From positions 11,614 to 75,613 of the forward strand of contig CAVQRN010000004.1 in assembly GCA_963715255.1 (NCBI GenBank): 64,000 nucleotides of DNA, written 5' to 3'. The DNA is from an uncultured Actinomycetota bacterium (lineage in GTDB: Bacteria; Actinomycetota; Acidimicrobiia; Spongiisociales; UBA5794). The notes beneath the pieces are model-generated. The model was not told the origin of the DNA. It saw only the letters and a list, made by a program, of their open reading frames with translations, and did not search any database. The stretch's first letter is position 1; every line of letters starts with the position of its first letter. The translations under genes and the position numbers were made by a program. Positions 8,797 through 18,710 of the stretch are shown here, in pieces.

Positions 8797-10947
8797 TCCT
8801 CGTCGGTGAGACGCTCGGAACGGGGACCCCAGAACTGGTAGTACGAGTAGACCGCGCCGGTGGCGACCTGGAAGTGTCCTTCGTCGTCGGGAACGATGAC
8901 GTGGATGGCTTCGAGCGGCCCGGTTCCGACCTCGAGCACCTCATCGGCGAACGGATCGAGGAAGATGTCGGCGATGATGGGCGTCGCCTCGATCTCCCCC
9001 CGGTTGAGGGCTTCGAGTAGCCAGCCGATCGCTCCGCCGATCTCGGAGAGCCACGTGTTGTCGTCGGCGGAGATCGGAAGGGCGGCGAGTTCGTCCTCTG
9101 CGAGTCGGGTGAAACGGTCGAGCATGTCGATGAGATAGTCGGCCGCCCACCGGGTCGTCTCGTCTTCATTCCACGGGTCGCCTTCGTCGGTGTCGTAGTC
9201 CCCGGCGAGCATGAGGCCTGCACCGGCGAGTCCATCGCGCATCATTCGGGCAAGAGCGGCGAGTCGGCCGAACGCGACCGGATCGGGTTCGACCCAGTGG
9301 CGTGGCGGCGGAGGAGGCTCCGGAGCGTCGCCTTCGGCGATTCCTTGTTTCGCGTAGAGGATCGTGTCGTGCTTCAGCTCCGCGTACGACGCGAAGCCGG
9401 TGTTGTGCGACTTGGCCTCCCATGCCGTTGTGCGCATGAACGGTGGGTACGCGTCGGGATGCGGCATCACCCATTCAGGTTGGAGGGCGTAGAGCCACCC
9501 GCTGTAGACCGTCTCTCCCCACTGATCGATGGTCCTGCCTGTGGTGTCCTCGCGAAGCTCGACGACCTTCGGTTCATAGTTCGGATACGCGGCGGGTTCA
9601 CCCGCAGCGCTCTGCACGCCGTCGGCAAAGGTGCTGCCCATCACCGAGGCGAGGTCGAGCGGGTCGGGGCGGATCCGTCCGGCGACTCCTGGATCGGTGA
9701 GTTGGTCGTAGATCCAGGAGTCGAGGACGAACCGGGAGCCCATCGTGCGAAGCGACGCCCGTTGCGGATCGATTTGCACGTCGCGAGAAGCGAGGAGGGA
9801 GTTGCCGACGGACGCGACGGCTTCGTCGGCGGTGAGAGCGCTGAGATCACCGAGATCCACGCCGACGGCGGCTGCTGCTCCGGCCGCCTCGAATGGCGTG
9901 TAGTCGTCGGCCGTTCCGACGAGGAAGGCAGTCGGGTCGTAGATCGTTGCCCACGCAGCGGCCAGGTCCGGGTCAGCCGCGAGGAGATGCGCAATCACCA
10001 GGCCGACACGAAGCGTCTCGACGTCGGTGACCGAGAAGCCGATATTGCCGAGCATCGACATCGCTTTGAAGTAGCGGGTCAGTCCACTCGATCGCGTGTA
10101 GTGGCCGCGCGGCGTCATCAGGGAGTAGTCGACACACGAGGCGGTCGCCGGTGGTTCACACGACCCGCCCACGGTGGGCGAGACCGCTACCGCGGTGTGG
10201 GCTTCGACGAGGGCAACCTCGTCCTCGGCGCGCTCGCTGATCGGTCCGACATCGAGTTCGAGGACACCGGCGACCGCTTCGAGATGCTCCGTCGCCCGGA
10301 CGGTAGCGTCCTCCATCGGGGTGCCTGCGAAGGTCGCGGCCCGGTCGCGGGCGGCCGACAGCAGACCTCCGACGAGCGACTCGAGCACGGCGAGGAGTTG
10401 ACGCTCCTCGGTGTCGCGGAGCACGAAGTCGAAAATCTGGTGCCACAGGTGGTAGCCGACATCGGTCGTGACGAATACCGGGCGTCCTGCCGCTCCGCCG
10501 TACGGACCCAGTTGCTCGTAGATCGTTGAGAACTGCGTGCTCCATGCCAGGGCCTCCGGAGATTCCGTCGCATACCTGTCGGTGTTGGGTTCGACGACAA
10601 AACCGTCCTCGACGAGTCCTTCACGGAGTCCCGCCGGAACGGCATCGACGAAGGCCACGCCGTTGAGCGACGAAGGCCACGCGGGCCCCGCATAGGTCCC
10701 GTCTGTGATCAGTGGAACGTCGGCGAGCGTGGCGTCGAAGCCGGAGTCCGGCCGCTCCACGATCTCGGTCGCCGCCGGTGGGGATGAGCTCGCCGTGCTC
10801 GTGGTGGCAGGAGCCGTCGACGTCGTCGTGACCGCGGCGGTCGGGGCGGGTCGCCATCGTTGCCGTGGCCGTCGTGTCGGGAGAACTCGAGACGCATCCG
10901 GCCGCGACCAGCATCGCGACGACGAGTGTCGAGACCAGTCTTCGCAT
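8727..10947 (-). CDS. DUF3160-family lipoprotein, frameshifted near 10845
   Basis: ORF 8727..10760 (677 aa) has DUF3160-like motifs as I remember the family: PVFVTTDVGYHLWHQIFD and TPRGHYTRSSGLTRYFKAMSMLG. The signal peptide MRRLVSTLVVAMLVAAGCVSS is in ORF 10621..10947 in another frame. Reading across gives CVSSSPDTTATATMATRP|APTAAVTTTSTAPATTSTASSSPPAATEIVERPDSG, with the shift in a G/C run. Confidence 0.75.
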
Positions 10948-11037
10948 CGCTCACCTCCAGGAGCCCCCCGTGGACAAGCTGCTTTCCATCCAGCGTCGTC
11001 CCGCCGTTGAACCCCAGATAGGGCACTTCAGCCTAAC

Positions 11038-12397
11038 TCAGCACGGCGCTCGCGACGCGATCGCCGTGCCGTACCAGGCGAGGCTGTCCTTCGGGATGCG
11101 TTCTCCGGTCTCGTGGTCGACCCAGACAAGGCCGAAGCGCTGGCTGTAACCCAGCGCCCACTCGAAGTTGTCGAGGATGGACCACACGAAGTACCCCGTC
11201 ACCGGAATGCCGAGGTCGATCGCATCCGCAACCGCTTCCATGTGGGCTCGGAGGTACTCGATCCTGTGCTCGTCGTGAACCGCCCCATCCGAACCGGGGC
11301 CGTCCGAGTAGGAGGCCCCGTTCTCGGTGACCCGGATGTCCGTGGCGCCATAGTCGTCGTGGATGCGCTTCAGGAATGCCGTGAGCGCCGACGGAACGAT
11401 CGGCCACCCCATCTCGGTGTAGCCGTCGGGTGGCTTCGGCCCGGGGGCGACACCCGTATCTTCCGTCTCGTCTGCTCCTGCGGAGATCTCGAGGGCCGTG
11501 TAGTAGTTGACGCCGATGAAGTCGATCGGGGCAGCGATTTCGACGAGATCTCCCGGAAGCACGAACGGTGGTTGGTCCGTGTCGAATCTCCCGCGTTCCC
11601 TATACGCGTCGACCATGTCCAAGGGGTAGCCCTTCCCGAAGATGGGATCGAAGAACCAGCGGTTCCTGAACCCGTCGAAGTGCCTCTGAGCGGCAATGTC
11701 CGCGGGATCGTTGGTCGCGGGCGTCGAAGGGCGGCAGTCGACGACGATGCCGACTTCGGCGTCAGGGATGTTGGCTCGGATCACAGGGACGGCCCTGCCG
11801 TGGGACAACAGGATGTGATGGGCAACGGTGAGCGCTTCCGTGAAGTCGGTGTGACCCGGAGGGAAGACGCCGTCGCTGTGGCCGACGAACGACGCCACCC
11901 ACGGTTCGTTGTGCGTCTTCCACTGCTTCACACGATCACCAAGGGCTGCGCTCATCACATCTGCGTAACGAACGAACGCGTCGACGGTGGCCCGGTTCGC
12001 CCATCCGCCGTGGTCCTGGAGACCCTGGGGTAGATCCCAGTGGTAGAGGGTCACGTACGGCGTGATGCCGTGCTCGAGCAACTCATCGACGAGACGATCG
12101 TAGAAGGCGATCCCCCTTGGTTCGACGCGTCCGAGCCCGTCGGGGATGATCCGGGTCCACGCTGTGGTGAGGCTGTAGGCCGGTACCCCCGCGCCGGCCA
12201 TCAACGCGACATCTTCCGGATAGCGGTGGTAGTGGTCACACGCGACGTCGCCCGTTGCCCCGTTGAGGATTCGGCCCGGTTCTCGGACGAATCGGTCCCA
12301 GATCGACTCGCCCTTGCCATCCTCGTCCCAAGCCCCCTCGATCTGATAGGCAGATGCGGCCACACCGAATACGAAGTCAGCCCGGGAAGCGACTCAC
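11038..12397 (-). CDS. GH1 beta-glucosidase, frameshifted at codon 7 (~12379)
   Basis: 441-aa ORF with GH1 hallmarks: AASAYQIEGAW, TLYHWDLP, NEPW, ITENG. The true start is the GTG of a GTGA overlap with the upstream gene stop (12394-12397). VSRFPG then hits TGA, and deleting one base gives MSRFPGDFVFGVAASAYQIEG. Confidence 0.9.
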
Positions 12398-13631
12398 GTC
12401 GGACCTTCGGCTGCAAGCTGTCCGAGCGCCGCGAGAACCCGGTCGACCTCTCCTGCAGTGTTGTAGTGAGCGAAACCGATCCGGACGAGTCCGCCCTGGT
12501 CGGCGACGCCGATTCGGTTCATCACCTCGACCGCGTAGTAATCGCCGGACCAGACGAAGATCCCCTGGTCGCCCAGTGCCTCGGCAACGGCATCGGGGTG
12601 CGTGCCGTCGACCGAGACCGCGAACGTCGGGGTACGACCGTCTGTGATCGTCCGTCCGTACAGCGACACGCCGCTCGTCCGTGCGATTCCGTTGAGAAAC
12701 TGGGCTGAGAGCGACTGTTCGTACGCTCCGATCCGCTCCATTGCGGAGCGGACGAGATCCCGCCGGGTCTCGCCGGCTCCCAGCGAAGCGACGTAGTCGA
12801 CGGCGGCCGTCACCCCGGCGAGGCTCTCGAAGCTCTGGGTTCCCGTCTCCCACTTGCCGGGCGGTTCGTCCGGCGCCGGTCTGATCTTGTAGGCCTCGAC
12901 GGCGTCGAGGACGTCACTGCGTCCATAGAGACAACCCGTGTGCGGGCCGAAGAACTTGTAGGCGGAGGCAACCAGGAAATCGGTGCCGAGGTGCAGCTAC
13001 GTCAACGAGACCATGCGGGGAGTAGTGGACGGCGTCGACATAGGTGAGAGCGCCGACGGCATGTGCTGCTTCGATGACGGGTCGAAGATCGGTGATCGTG
13101 CCCACCGCGTTCGAAGCGTGCGTCATCGCAACGAGGCGAGTCCGGTCGTCGATGAGTTCGCCGATGGTTTCGGTCTTGAGACGACAGCCGTCGTCGGGAT
13201 CGAAATCGAGCCACCGCACTTCGGCGCCGGCGTCCCGAGCGGCGAGGACCCAGGGCCACACATTCGCGTCGTGGTCGAGTCGGGTGACGACGACGTTGTC
13301 TCCTGATCCCCATGTGGCACCGAGGGCGCGACTCACCGAGAGCGTGAGGGATGTCATGTTCTGGCCAAACGCGATCTCGTCCGGTGTTGCACCGAAGAGG
13401 TCGGCGATGGCGCTGCGTGCAGACTCGGTCACGGCATCGGTCTCGCGGCGACGAAGCGAACGGTCCGCCGTGGTTGCTTCCCCCGGCACGCATGAATCCG
13501 GCCATGGCGTCGATGACCGAGTCCGGGACCTGGGTCCCCCCTGGGCCATCCAGATAGGCGGCGGGCCGCCCATCAACCATCCGTCGAAGAGCAGGGAACT
13601 GCTCGCGCACACTTGAGACATCAAACGTCAT
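12394..13631 (-). CDS. class-V PLP aminotransferase / cysteine desulfurase-like protein, two frameshifts (~13458, ~12990)
   Basis: Three track ORFs tile one protein. MTFDVSSVREQFPALR...GGSNHGGPFASS | RETDAVTESARSAIADLFGATPDEIAFGQNMT...HYSPHGLVDVAA | LGTDFLVASAYKFFGPHTGCLYGR...IGFAHYNTAGEVDRV. Both junctions are explained by one extra base. Confidence 0.8.
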
Positions 13632-13697
13632 GGCACCCTCCACTTGGGAGCCCGACGGTACTCAGCTACCTAGCTTCTCCGCTACTCCGTGATCCCG

Positions 13698-14096
13698 CTA
13701 CGCGTCGAACGGATCGTCGCGCCGGACATCCGGCAGATTCCTTCGCGTCACGATTCCCATCTTGATGACGGTGCGGCGCTCGGGATCGCCCGTGAATCGG
13801 GCGTCGGAATCCTCGAGCAGACGCCTGAGACGGCCGACCTGGTTGCGGAGGCGCGCGTTCTCGATCTCGAGACTCATGATTCGGCGCACCCCTTCGAGGT
13901 TCACGCCGGCGTTCGTCAGTTCCTGGATGAGGAGGAGTTGTTCAATGTCGGCCTGCGAGTAGCGCCGCGTCCCTCCCGGTGTGCGGTACGGCGCGATGAG
14001 ACCGCGGCGCTCGTAGATGCGGAGCGTTTGCGGATGCATGCCGGAGAGTTCGGCGGCGACCGAGATGATGTAGACGGCTTCTTCCTGGTCACTCAT
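13698..14096 (-). CDS. hspR: MerR-family heat-shock repressor HspR
   Basis: 132-aa ORF. MerR HTH (ISVAAELSGMHPQTLRIYERRGLIAPYRTPGGTRRYS). It is the last gene of a dnaK-grpE-dnaJ-hspR array. Confidence 0.9.
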   Translation of the reverse strand: MSDQEEAVYIISVAAELSGMHPQTLRIYERRGLIAPYRTPGGTRRYSQADIEQLLLIQELTNAGVNLEGVRRIMSLEIENARLRNQVGRLRRLLEDSDARFTGDPERRTVIKMGIVTRRNLPDVRRDDPFDA

Positions 14097-14097
14097 G

Positions 14098-15012
14098 TCA
14101 CACCCCCAGGTGTTCGCGCGGGTTCTCCGGCGCGTCGTCGCGGAATGTCTCGAGGAGTTCTCGCTGCGTATCCGAGAGGTCGGTTGGCACGGTCACCTCG
14201 ATCGTGACGAGCAGATCGCCGCTGCCGTTCGAGGTCTCGACGCCTTTCCCCGACACCTTCATCGTCGTGCCGCCCTGTGTACCCGCCGGGACGCGGATCT
14301 TCGTGTCTCCGTCGAGAGTTGGGATCTGGATGACCGCGCCGAGAGCGGCCTCCGCGAACGTGACCGGTACTGCGATCGTGAGATCGCGCTTCCCGGAGCG
14401 TCCGAACACGGGATGCGAGGCGACATGCACCCGTACGAAGAGATCACCGGCGGGGCCGCCGTTGGCTCCCGGCTCTCCCTTTCCTTTCAAGCGAACCTTC
14501 GTCCCGTCGGCGATGCCTTGAGGCACTTTCACCTTGACGGTCCGTCCATCGATACCGACGGTCTTCGTCGGACCGGCGAGGGCTTCGTGGAAGCTGAGGG
14601 AAAGATCGGACTGGAGATTCCGTCCTGCCATCGGCCGCGGCTGTTGCCGTCTGGCGCCCTGGCCGAAGATGTCGCCGAGCCCACCGAGAAGGTCCTGGAA
14701 GCCACCCCCACCCATGCCGCCGCCGAAGACGTCCTCGACGCGCACGTATTGCTGACGACCGCCCTGATCACCGACGAAGTAGCCCATCTCTCGAACGTGG
14801 TCGTACTCCTTGCGATCGTCCGCGTCGGAGAGCGTGTCGTACGCCTCATTGACTTCTTTGAAACGGGCCTCTGCCACCGCGTCGCCGGGGTTGTTGTCGG
14901 GGTGGAACTCTCGCGCGAGTTTGCGGAATGCCTTCTTGATCTCCTTGTCAGCGGCATTCTTGGAGACGCCGAGTGTGGCGTAGTAGTCCTTCTCCAACCA
15001 TTCCTTACGCAT
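14098..15012 (-). CDS. dnaJ: J-domain co-chaperone DnaJ (no Cys-rich zinc-finger region)
   Basis: 304-aa ORF. J domain (DYYATLGVSKNAADKEIKKAFRKLAREFHPDNNPGD), G-rich linker and C-terminal substrate-binding domains. No CxxCxGxG repeats are visible. Confidence 0.9.
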   Translation of the reverse strand: MRKEWLEKDYYATLGVSKNAADKEIKKAFRKLAREFHPDNNPGDAVAEARFKEVNEAYDTLSDADDRKEYDHVREMGYFVGDQGGRQQYVRVEDVFGGGMGGGGFQDLLGGLGDIFGQGARRQQPRPMAGRNLQSDLSLSFHEALAGPTKTVGIDGRTVKVKVPQGIADGTKVRLKGKGEPGANGGPAGDLFVRVHVASHPVFGRSGKRDLTIAVPVTFAEAALGAVIQIPTLDGDTKIRVPAGTQGGTTMKVSGKGVETSNGSGDLLVTIEVTVPTDLSDTQRELLETFRDDAPENPREHLGV

Positions 15013-15685
15013 GTTCCACCGTGACGAGCGACGGACGGATCACCCGCCCGCGCATGACGTACCCGCGGCGCAGTTCGGCACCGATGAACAGGTCGCCGCT
15101 GCCCTCGCCCGGACCGGATACGGCCTCGTGTACCTTCGGATCGAATGCCTCTCCGACGGCCGGGATCGGCTCGAAACCTTCGCGGGCGAGTGTTTCCAGA
15201 AGCTGGCTCCGGGTCGACAGCACTCCTTCCCTGATCTTCTCTTCAGACGGGCTCTGCGGTTCGAATGCCGTCGCCGCGTCGAGAGCGTCGAGTGTCGGGA
15301 GAAGTCCCTCGATGACGCGTTGAGAGGCCCGTTCGACGTTCTCCGCCTGGTCGCGTTGAACGCGCCGGCGGAAGTTGTCGAAGTCGGCCGCGACGCGTTG
15401 AAGCATCTCGAGATGATCGCCGGCCTCCTGGCGGGCTTCGTTCAGCTCTCGAAGCAGCAGGTCCTGGGCTTCATCCGGATCGTCGGGCAGCTCAAGGCCG
15501 AGGTCGTGCGCCGTCGGTCCGACCTCGGGTTCGAGCGCAACGAGTTCTTGGACCTCGTCGAAAGCGTCGTTGCCCCCCTGCGTTGTCGCTTCGCTCCTCC
15601 GCGTCCCCCCGTCCTCCGGACGGGGGGACAGCTCAGGCTCGTCGCTGTTGGCTGGTGGCTGGAAGCTCTCCTCAGGACTCGTCAT
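15005..15685 (-). CDS. grpE: nucleotide exchange factor GrpE
   Basis: ORF 15005..15790. GrpE core ([12 protein letters not shown]...[11 protein letters not shown]...[11 protein letters not shown]...[14 protein letters not shown]). Start set to MTSPEES (ATG 15685), overlapping the dnaK stop by 14 nt. Confidence 0.9.
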   Translation of the reverse strand: MTSPEESFQPPANSDEPELSPRPEDGGTRRSEATTQGGNDAFDEVQELVALEPEVGPTAHDLGLELPDDPDEAQDLLLRELNEARQEAGDHLEMLQRVAADFDNFRRRVQRDQAENVERASQRVIEGLLPTLDALDAATAFEPQSPSEEKIREGVLSTRSQLLETLAREGFEPIPAVGEAFDPKVHEAVSGPGEGSGDLFIGAELRRGYVMRGRVIRPSLVTVEHA

Positions 15686-17507
15686 CGTCCTCCACCACCT
15701 CGGCTTCGACGACCTCGTCGTCATCGGAAGGTGCGTCGTCTGCCGCCGCCGCAGCACTCTCGGCCGCGGACGCCGCGTAGATCTTCTCACCGAGAATCTG
15801 CGATCCCGTCAGCAGTTCGTTCGTGGCGTTCTTCAGTGTCTCCGAGTCGGTGCCTTCATTGGCAAGCAGCGTCCGCAGTTCCGCGATCTTGTCGTCGAGA
15901 GGCTTGCGCTCGTCGTCGGTCAGCTTGTCGCCGTGCTCGGCGAGTTGCTTGGCGATCTGATACACCGTGTGGTCGGCGTGGTTGCGGGCTTCGACGGTTG
16001 TCTTGCGCTCAGCGTCATCCTGAGCGTGGACTTCGGCATCCTTGACCATCTGATTGATGTCATCATCGGACAGTGCCGTGCCGCCGGTGATCGTCACCTG
16101 CTGCGTCTTCCCGGTGCCGAGGTCCTTCGCGGACACGGAGACGATGCCGTTGGCGTCGATGTCGAACGTCACCTCGATCTGAGGGATGCCCCGGGGTGCC
16201 GAAGCGATACCGGGGAGCTTGAAGCGGCCGAGGCTCTTGTTGTCGTTGGCCATCGGGCGCTCGCCCTGCAGCACGTGAATCTCGACCTCCGGCTGATTGT
16301 CTGCCGCCGTCGTGAAGATCTCAGAGCGGCGGGTTGGGATCGTCGTGTTGCGTTCGATCATCTTCGTCGAAACACCGCCCTCGGTCTCGACGCCGAGCGT
16401 CAACGGTGTGACGTCGAGGAGAAGGATGCCCTTCACGTCACCGGTGAGCACGCCTGCCTGGAGCGCGGCGCCGTCGGCGACGACCTCGTCCGGATTGACC
16501 CCCTTGTGTGGTTCCTTGCCTGCGAGTTCCTGAACGAGTTTCTGTACCGAAGGCGCTCGCGTTGATCCGCCGACGAGGATGACGTGGTCGATGTCGTTCA
16601 TCGTCACACCGGCATCCTTGAGTGCCTCCTCGAACGGCAGACGAGTCCGCTGTACGAGATCGTCCGTCATCTGCTCGAACTCCGAGCGGGTGAGTGTGCG
16701 GAGAAGGTGGATCGGTCCCTCGTTCGTGGCGGTGATGAACGGAAGGTTGATCTCCGTTTCCATGACCGACGACAGTTCGATCTTGGCCTTCTCGGCGGCC
16801 TCCTTGAGGCGGGTCATCGCCATCGCGTCGTTCGAGAGATCGACACCGTTGTCGCTCTTGAATCCGTCCACGAGCCAATTGATGACCTTGTCATCCCAGT
16901 CGTCGCCGCCGAGCTTCGTGTCGCCGTGCGTCGACTTGACCTCGAAGACACCTTCACCGATCTCGAGGACCGACACGTCGAACGTTCCGCCTCCGAGGTC
17001 GAAGACGAGGATGAGGTGGTCGTCCTCGCTCTTGTCGAGTCCGTAGGCCAGCGCGGCCGCGGTGGGCTCGTTGATGATTCGGAGCACCTCGAGACCGGCG
17101 ATCTGGCCGGCTTCTTTGGTTGCCTGGCGCTGGGCATCGCCGAAGTAGGCCGGGACGGTGATCACGGCCTGGGTGACGGGCTCGCCGAGGAAGGCCTCAG
17201 CATCCCGCTTGAGCTTCATGAGGATGCGGGCTGCGATCTCCTGCGAGGTGTATGCCTTGCCGTCGACCTCGACGCTCCAGTCGGTTCCCATGTGTCGTTT
17301 GACCGAACGAACCGTGCGGTTTGGGTTCGTGATCGACTGACGCTTGGCCTGGTCGCCGACGAGAACCTCGCCGTTCTTGGCGAACGCGACGACCGAAGGG
17401 GTCGTGCGGTGTCCCTCAGCATTGCTGATGATCTTGGGCTCTCCGCCTTCGAGGGTCGAGATGACAGAGTTGGTGGTTCCGAGGTCGATGCCTACGGCGC
17501 GTCCCAT
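15672..17507 (-). CDS. dnaK: chaperone DnaK (Hsp70)
   Basis: 611-aa ORF with unmistakable Hsp70 sequence: [31 protein letters not shown]. Confidence 0.98.
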   Translation of the reverse strand: MGRAVGIDLGTTNSVISTLEGGEPKIISNAEGHRTTPSVVAFAKNGEVLVGDQAKRQSITNPNRTVRSVKRHMGTDWSVEVDGKAYTSQEIAARILMKLKRDAEAFLGEPVTQAVITVPAYFGDAQRQATKEAGQIAGLEVLRIINEPTAAALAYGLDKSEDDHLILVFDLGGGTFDVSVLEIGEGVFEVKSTHGDTKLGGDDWDDKVINWLVDGFKSDNGVDLSNDAMAMTRLKEAAEKAKIELSSVMETEINLPFITATNEGPIHLLRTLTRSEFEQMTDDLVQRTRLPFEEALKDAGVTMNDIDHVILVGGSTRAPSVQKLVQELAGKEPHKGVNPDEVVADGAALQAGVLTGDVKGILLLDVTPLTLGVETEGGVSTKMIERNTTIPTRRSEIFTTAADNQPEVEIHVLQGERPMANDNKSLGRFKLPGIASAPRGIPQIEVTFDIDANGIVSVSAKDLGTGKTQQVTITGGTALSDDDINQMVKDAEVHAQDDAERKTTVEARNHADHTVYQIAKQLAEHGDKLTDDERKPLDDKIAELRTLLANEGTDSETLKNATNELLTGSQILGEKIYAASAAESAAAAADDAPSDDDEVVEAEVVEDDDES

Positions 17508-17555
17508 ACGGGGTGCTCCTTCGTTTCGTTGAACCCGCCGTGACGCGAGTCATGT

Positions 17556-17614
17556 CCTGAGTCGTTACGGATATCATAACCTGAGTCGTATCGTATCAAT
17601 TCCGAGATTCTCGG
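17556..17614. promoter_or_regulatory. dnaK upstream control region: repeated CCTGAGTCGT and HAIR-like half sites
   Basis: CCTGAGTCGT occurs twice (17556-17565 and 17580-17589). CCTGAGT-cgtatcg-TATCAAT resembles HAIR (CTTGAGT-N7-ACTCAAG) in only one good half. A further palindrome CCGAGA-t-TCTCGG lies at 17602-17614. Confidence 0.25.
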
Positions 17615-17639
17615 TGCGTAGCGCTCCACCTCATCACCC

Positions 17640-17660
17640 ATATACCCCACGGGGGTATAT
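17640..17660. promoter_or_regulatory. CsoR/CstR-family operator palindrome
   Basis: ATATACCCC-acg-GGGGTATAT has perfect 9-bp arms and ends 9 nt before the ATG of the DUF156 repressor gene. The GC tract flanked by AT is typical of operators in this family. Confidence 0.6.
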
Positions 17661-17669
17661 GCTCTCCTC

Positions 17670-17939
17670 ATGCAACTGGACGAGTCCGAGATCCACGACA
17701 TCCTGACGAGGCTGCGCCGCGTCGAGGGTCAGATCCGTGGAATCCAGGGGATGCTCGAAGAGGGCCGCGACTGCTCCGACGTCATCACCCAGTTCTCTGC
17801 TTCGATGCGGGCGCTTGAACATGCCGGCTACAAGTACTTCGGCGCGACGATGACCATGTGCGCCACCGACCCGGAACGGGCCGCGCTGGAGGGTTACGAC
17901 CCGAAGCGGCTCGAGAAACTGTTCATGCAACTCACGTGA
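17670..17939 (+). CDS. CsoR/RcnR (DUF156) family repressor, CstR-like Cys-x-Cys type
   Basis: 89-aa ORF: RLRRVEGQIRGIQGMLEEGRDCSDVITQFSA...MTMCA. The only cysteines are C35 and C64. The position four residues before C64 is Thr, not His. Confidence 0.85.
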   Translation: MQLDESEIHDILTRLRRVEGQIRGIQGMLEEGRDCSDVITQFSASMRALEHAGYKYFGATMTMCATDPERAALEGYDPKRLEKLFMQLT

Positions 17940-18253
17940 TCGCGGAAGAATCGGTTCAGGCCGTACGCCTCGTCCCTGCCCGCGAATGGCGAACATGGAG
18001 CAATGAGCAGGACGCCGTGATCATCGATGTGCGCGAGCCGTTCGAATGGGCGATGGGGACACTTCCCGGCTCGGTCCTCATCAAGCTCGGCTCACTGCCC
18101 GACAGATTGGACGAACTCGACCACGACCGGGCCATCTTGCTCGTGTGCCGGTCCGGGAATCGGTCGGGCGTTGCAGCGGAATACCTTGTCCGGCGCGGGT
18201 TCGCGGTCGTTGCGAACCTCACCGGAGGACTGGTTGACCTTGGAATGGCATGA
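17936..18253 (+). CDS. rhodanese-domain sulfurtransferase (cytoplasmic)
   Basis: In-frame part of ORF 17858..18253. The GTG start overlaps the repressor stop (GTGA at 17936-17939). Active-site loop LLVCRSGNRSG. Confidence 0.8.
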   Translation: MIAEESVQAVRLVPAREWRTWSNEQDAVIIDVREPFEWAMGTLPGSVLIKLGSLPDRLDELDHDRAILLVCRSGNRSGVAAEYLVRRGFAVVANLTGGLVDLGMA

Positions 18254-18293
18254 CGGGCCGGTGGACCGGCCAACACAAAGGAGATCTACCACG

Positions 18294-18707
18294 ATGAAAC
18301 CAGCAATGATTCGAAGCCTGCTCGCGCTGATCCTGGTGCTATCGGTTCTCGCGACGGCATGCTCTTCGGACACCCGCACCCAGAGTATTGAGTTGGTCTC
18401 TCCCGCGGATGCCGCTCAGGTGATCGCCGACGACCCGGCAGGTCTCGTTGTCCTCGACATCCGCACGCTCGAAGAGTTCAACGAGGCACGCCTCGCCGAC
18501 GCGATCATGGTCGATTTCTATGCGGACGACTTCGCCGACCAACTCGACACCCTCGACAAGGACGTGCCATACGTCGTGTACTGCCGGACCGGAAACCGAT
18601 CCTCCGAGGCCGTCAAGACGATGAAGGACCTCGGATTTGCCGAGGTCTACGAAGTCGATGGCGGGATCGTCAATTGGTACGACCAGGGCTATCCGATCGA
18701 GAATTGA
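18294..18707 (+). CDS. rhodanese-domain protein with signal peptide / lipobox-like motif
   Basis: In-frame part of ORF 18027..18707, starting at MKPAMIRSLLALILVLSVLATACSS (ATG 18294). Active-site loop VYCRTGNRSS. Confidence 0.8.
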   Translation: MKPAMIRSLLALILVLSVLATACSSDTRTQSIELVSPADAAQVIADDPAGLVVLDIRTLEEFNEARLADAIMVDFYADDFADQLDTLDKDVPYVVYCRTGNRSSEAVKTMKDLGFAEVYEVDGGIVNWYDQGYPIEN

Positions 18708-18710
18708 CCG

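Noticed and set aside
13655-13697. The shared 9-mer gctacctag, here and at 46611-46620, which could hint at a dispersed repeat.
   Set aside because: The second copy lies inside the GH13 coding sequence (codons for RLGS). The match does not extend beyond 9 nt, so it is a chance match.
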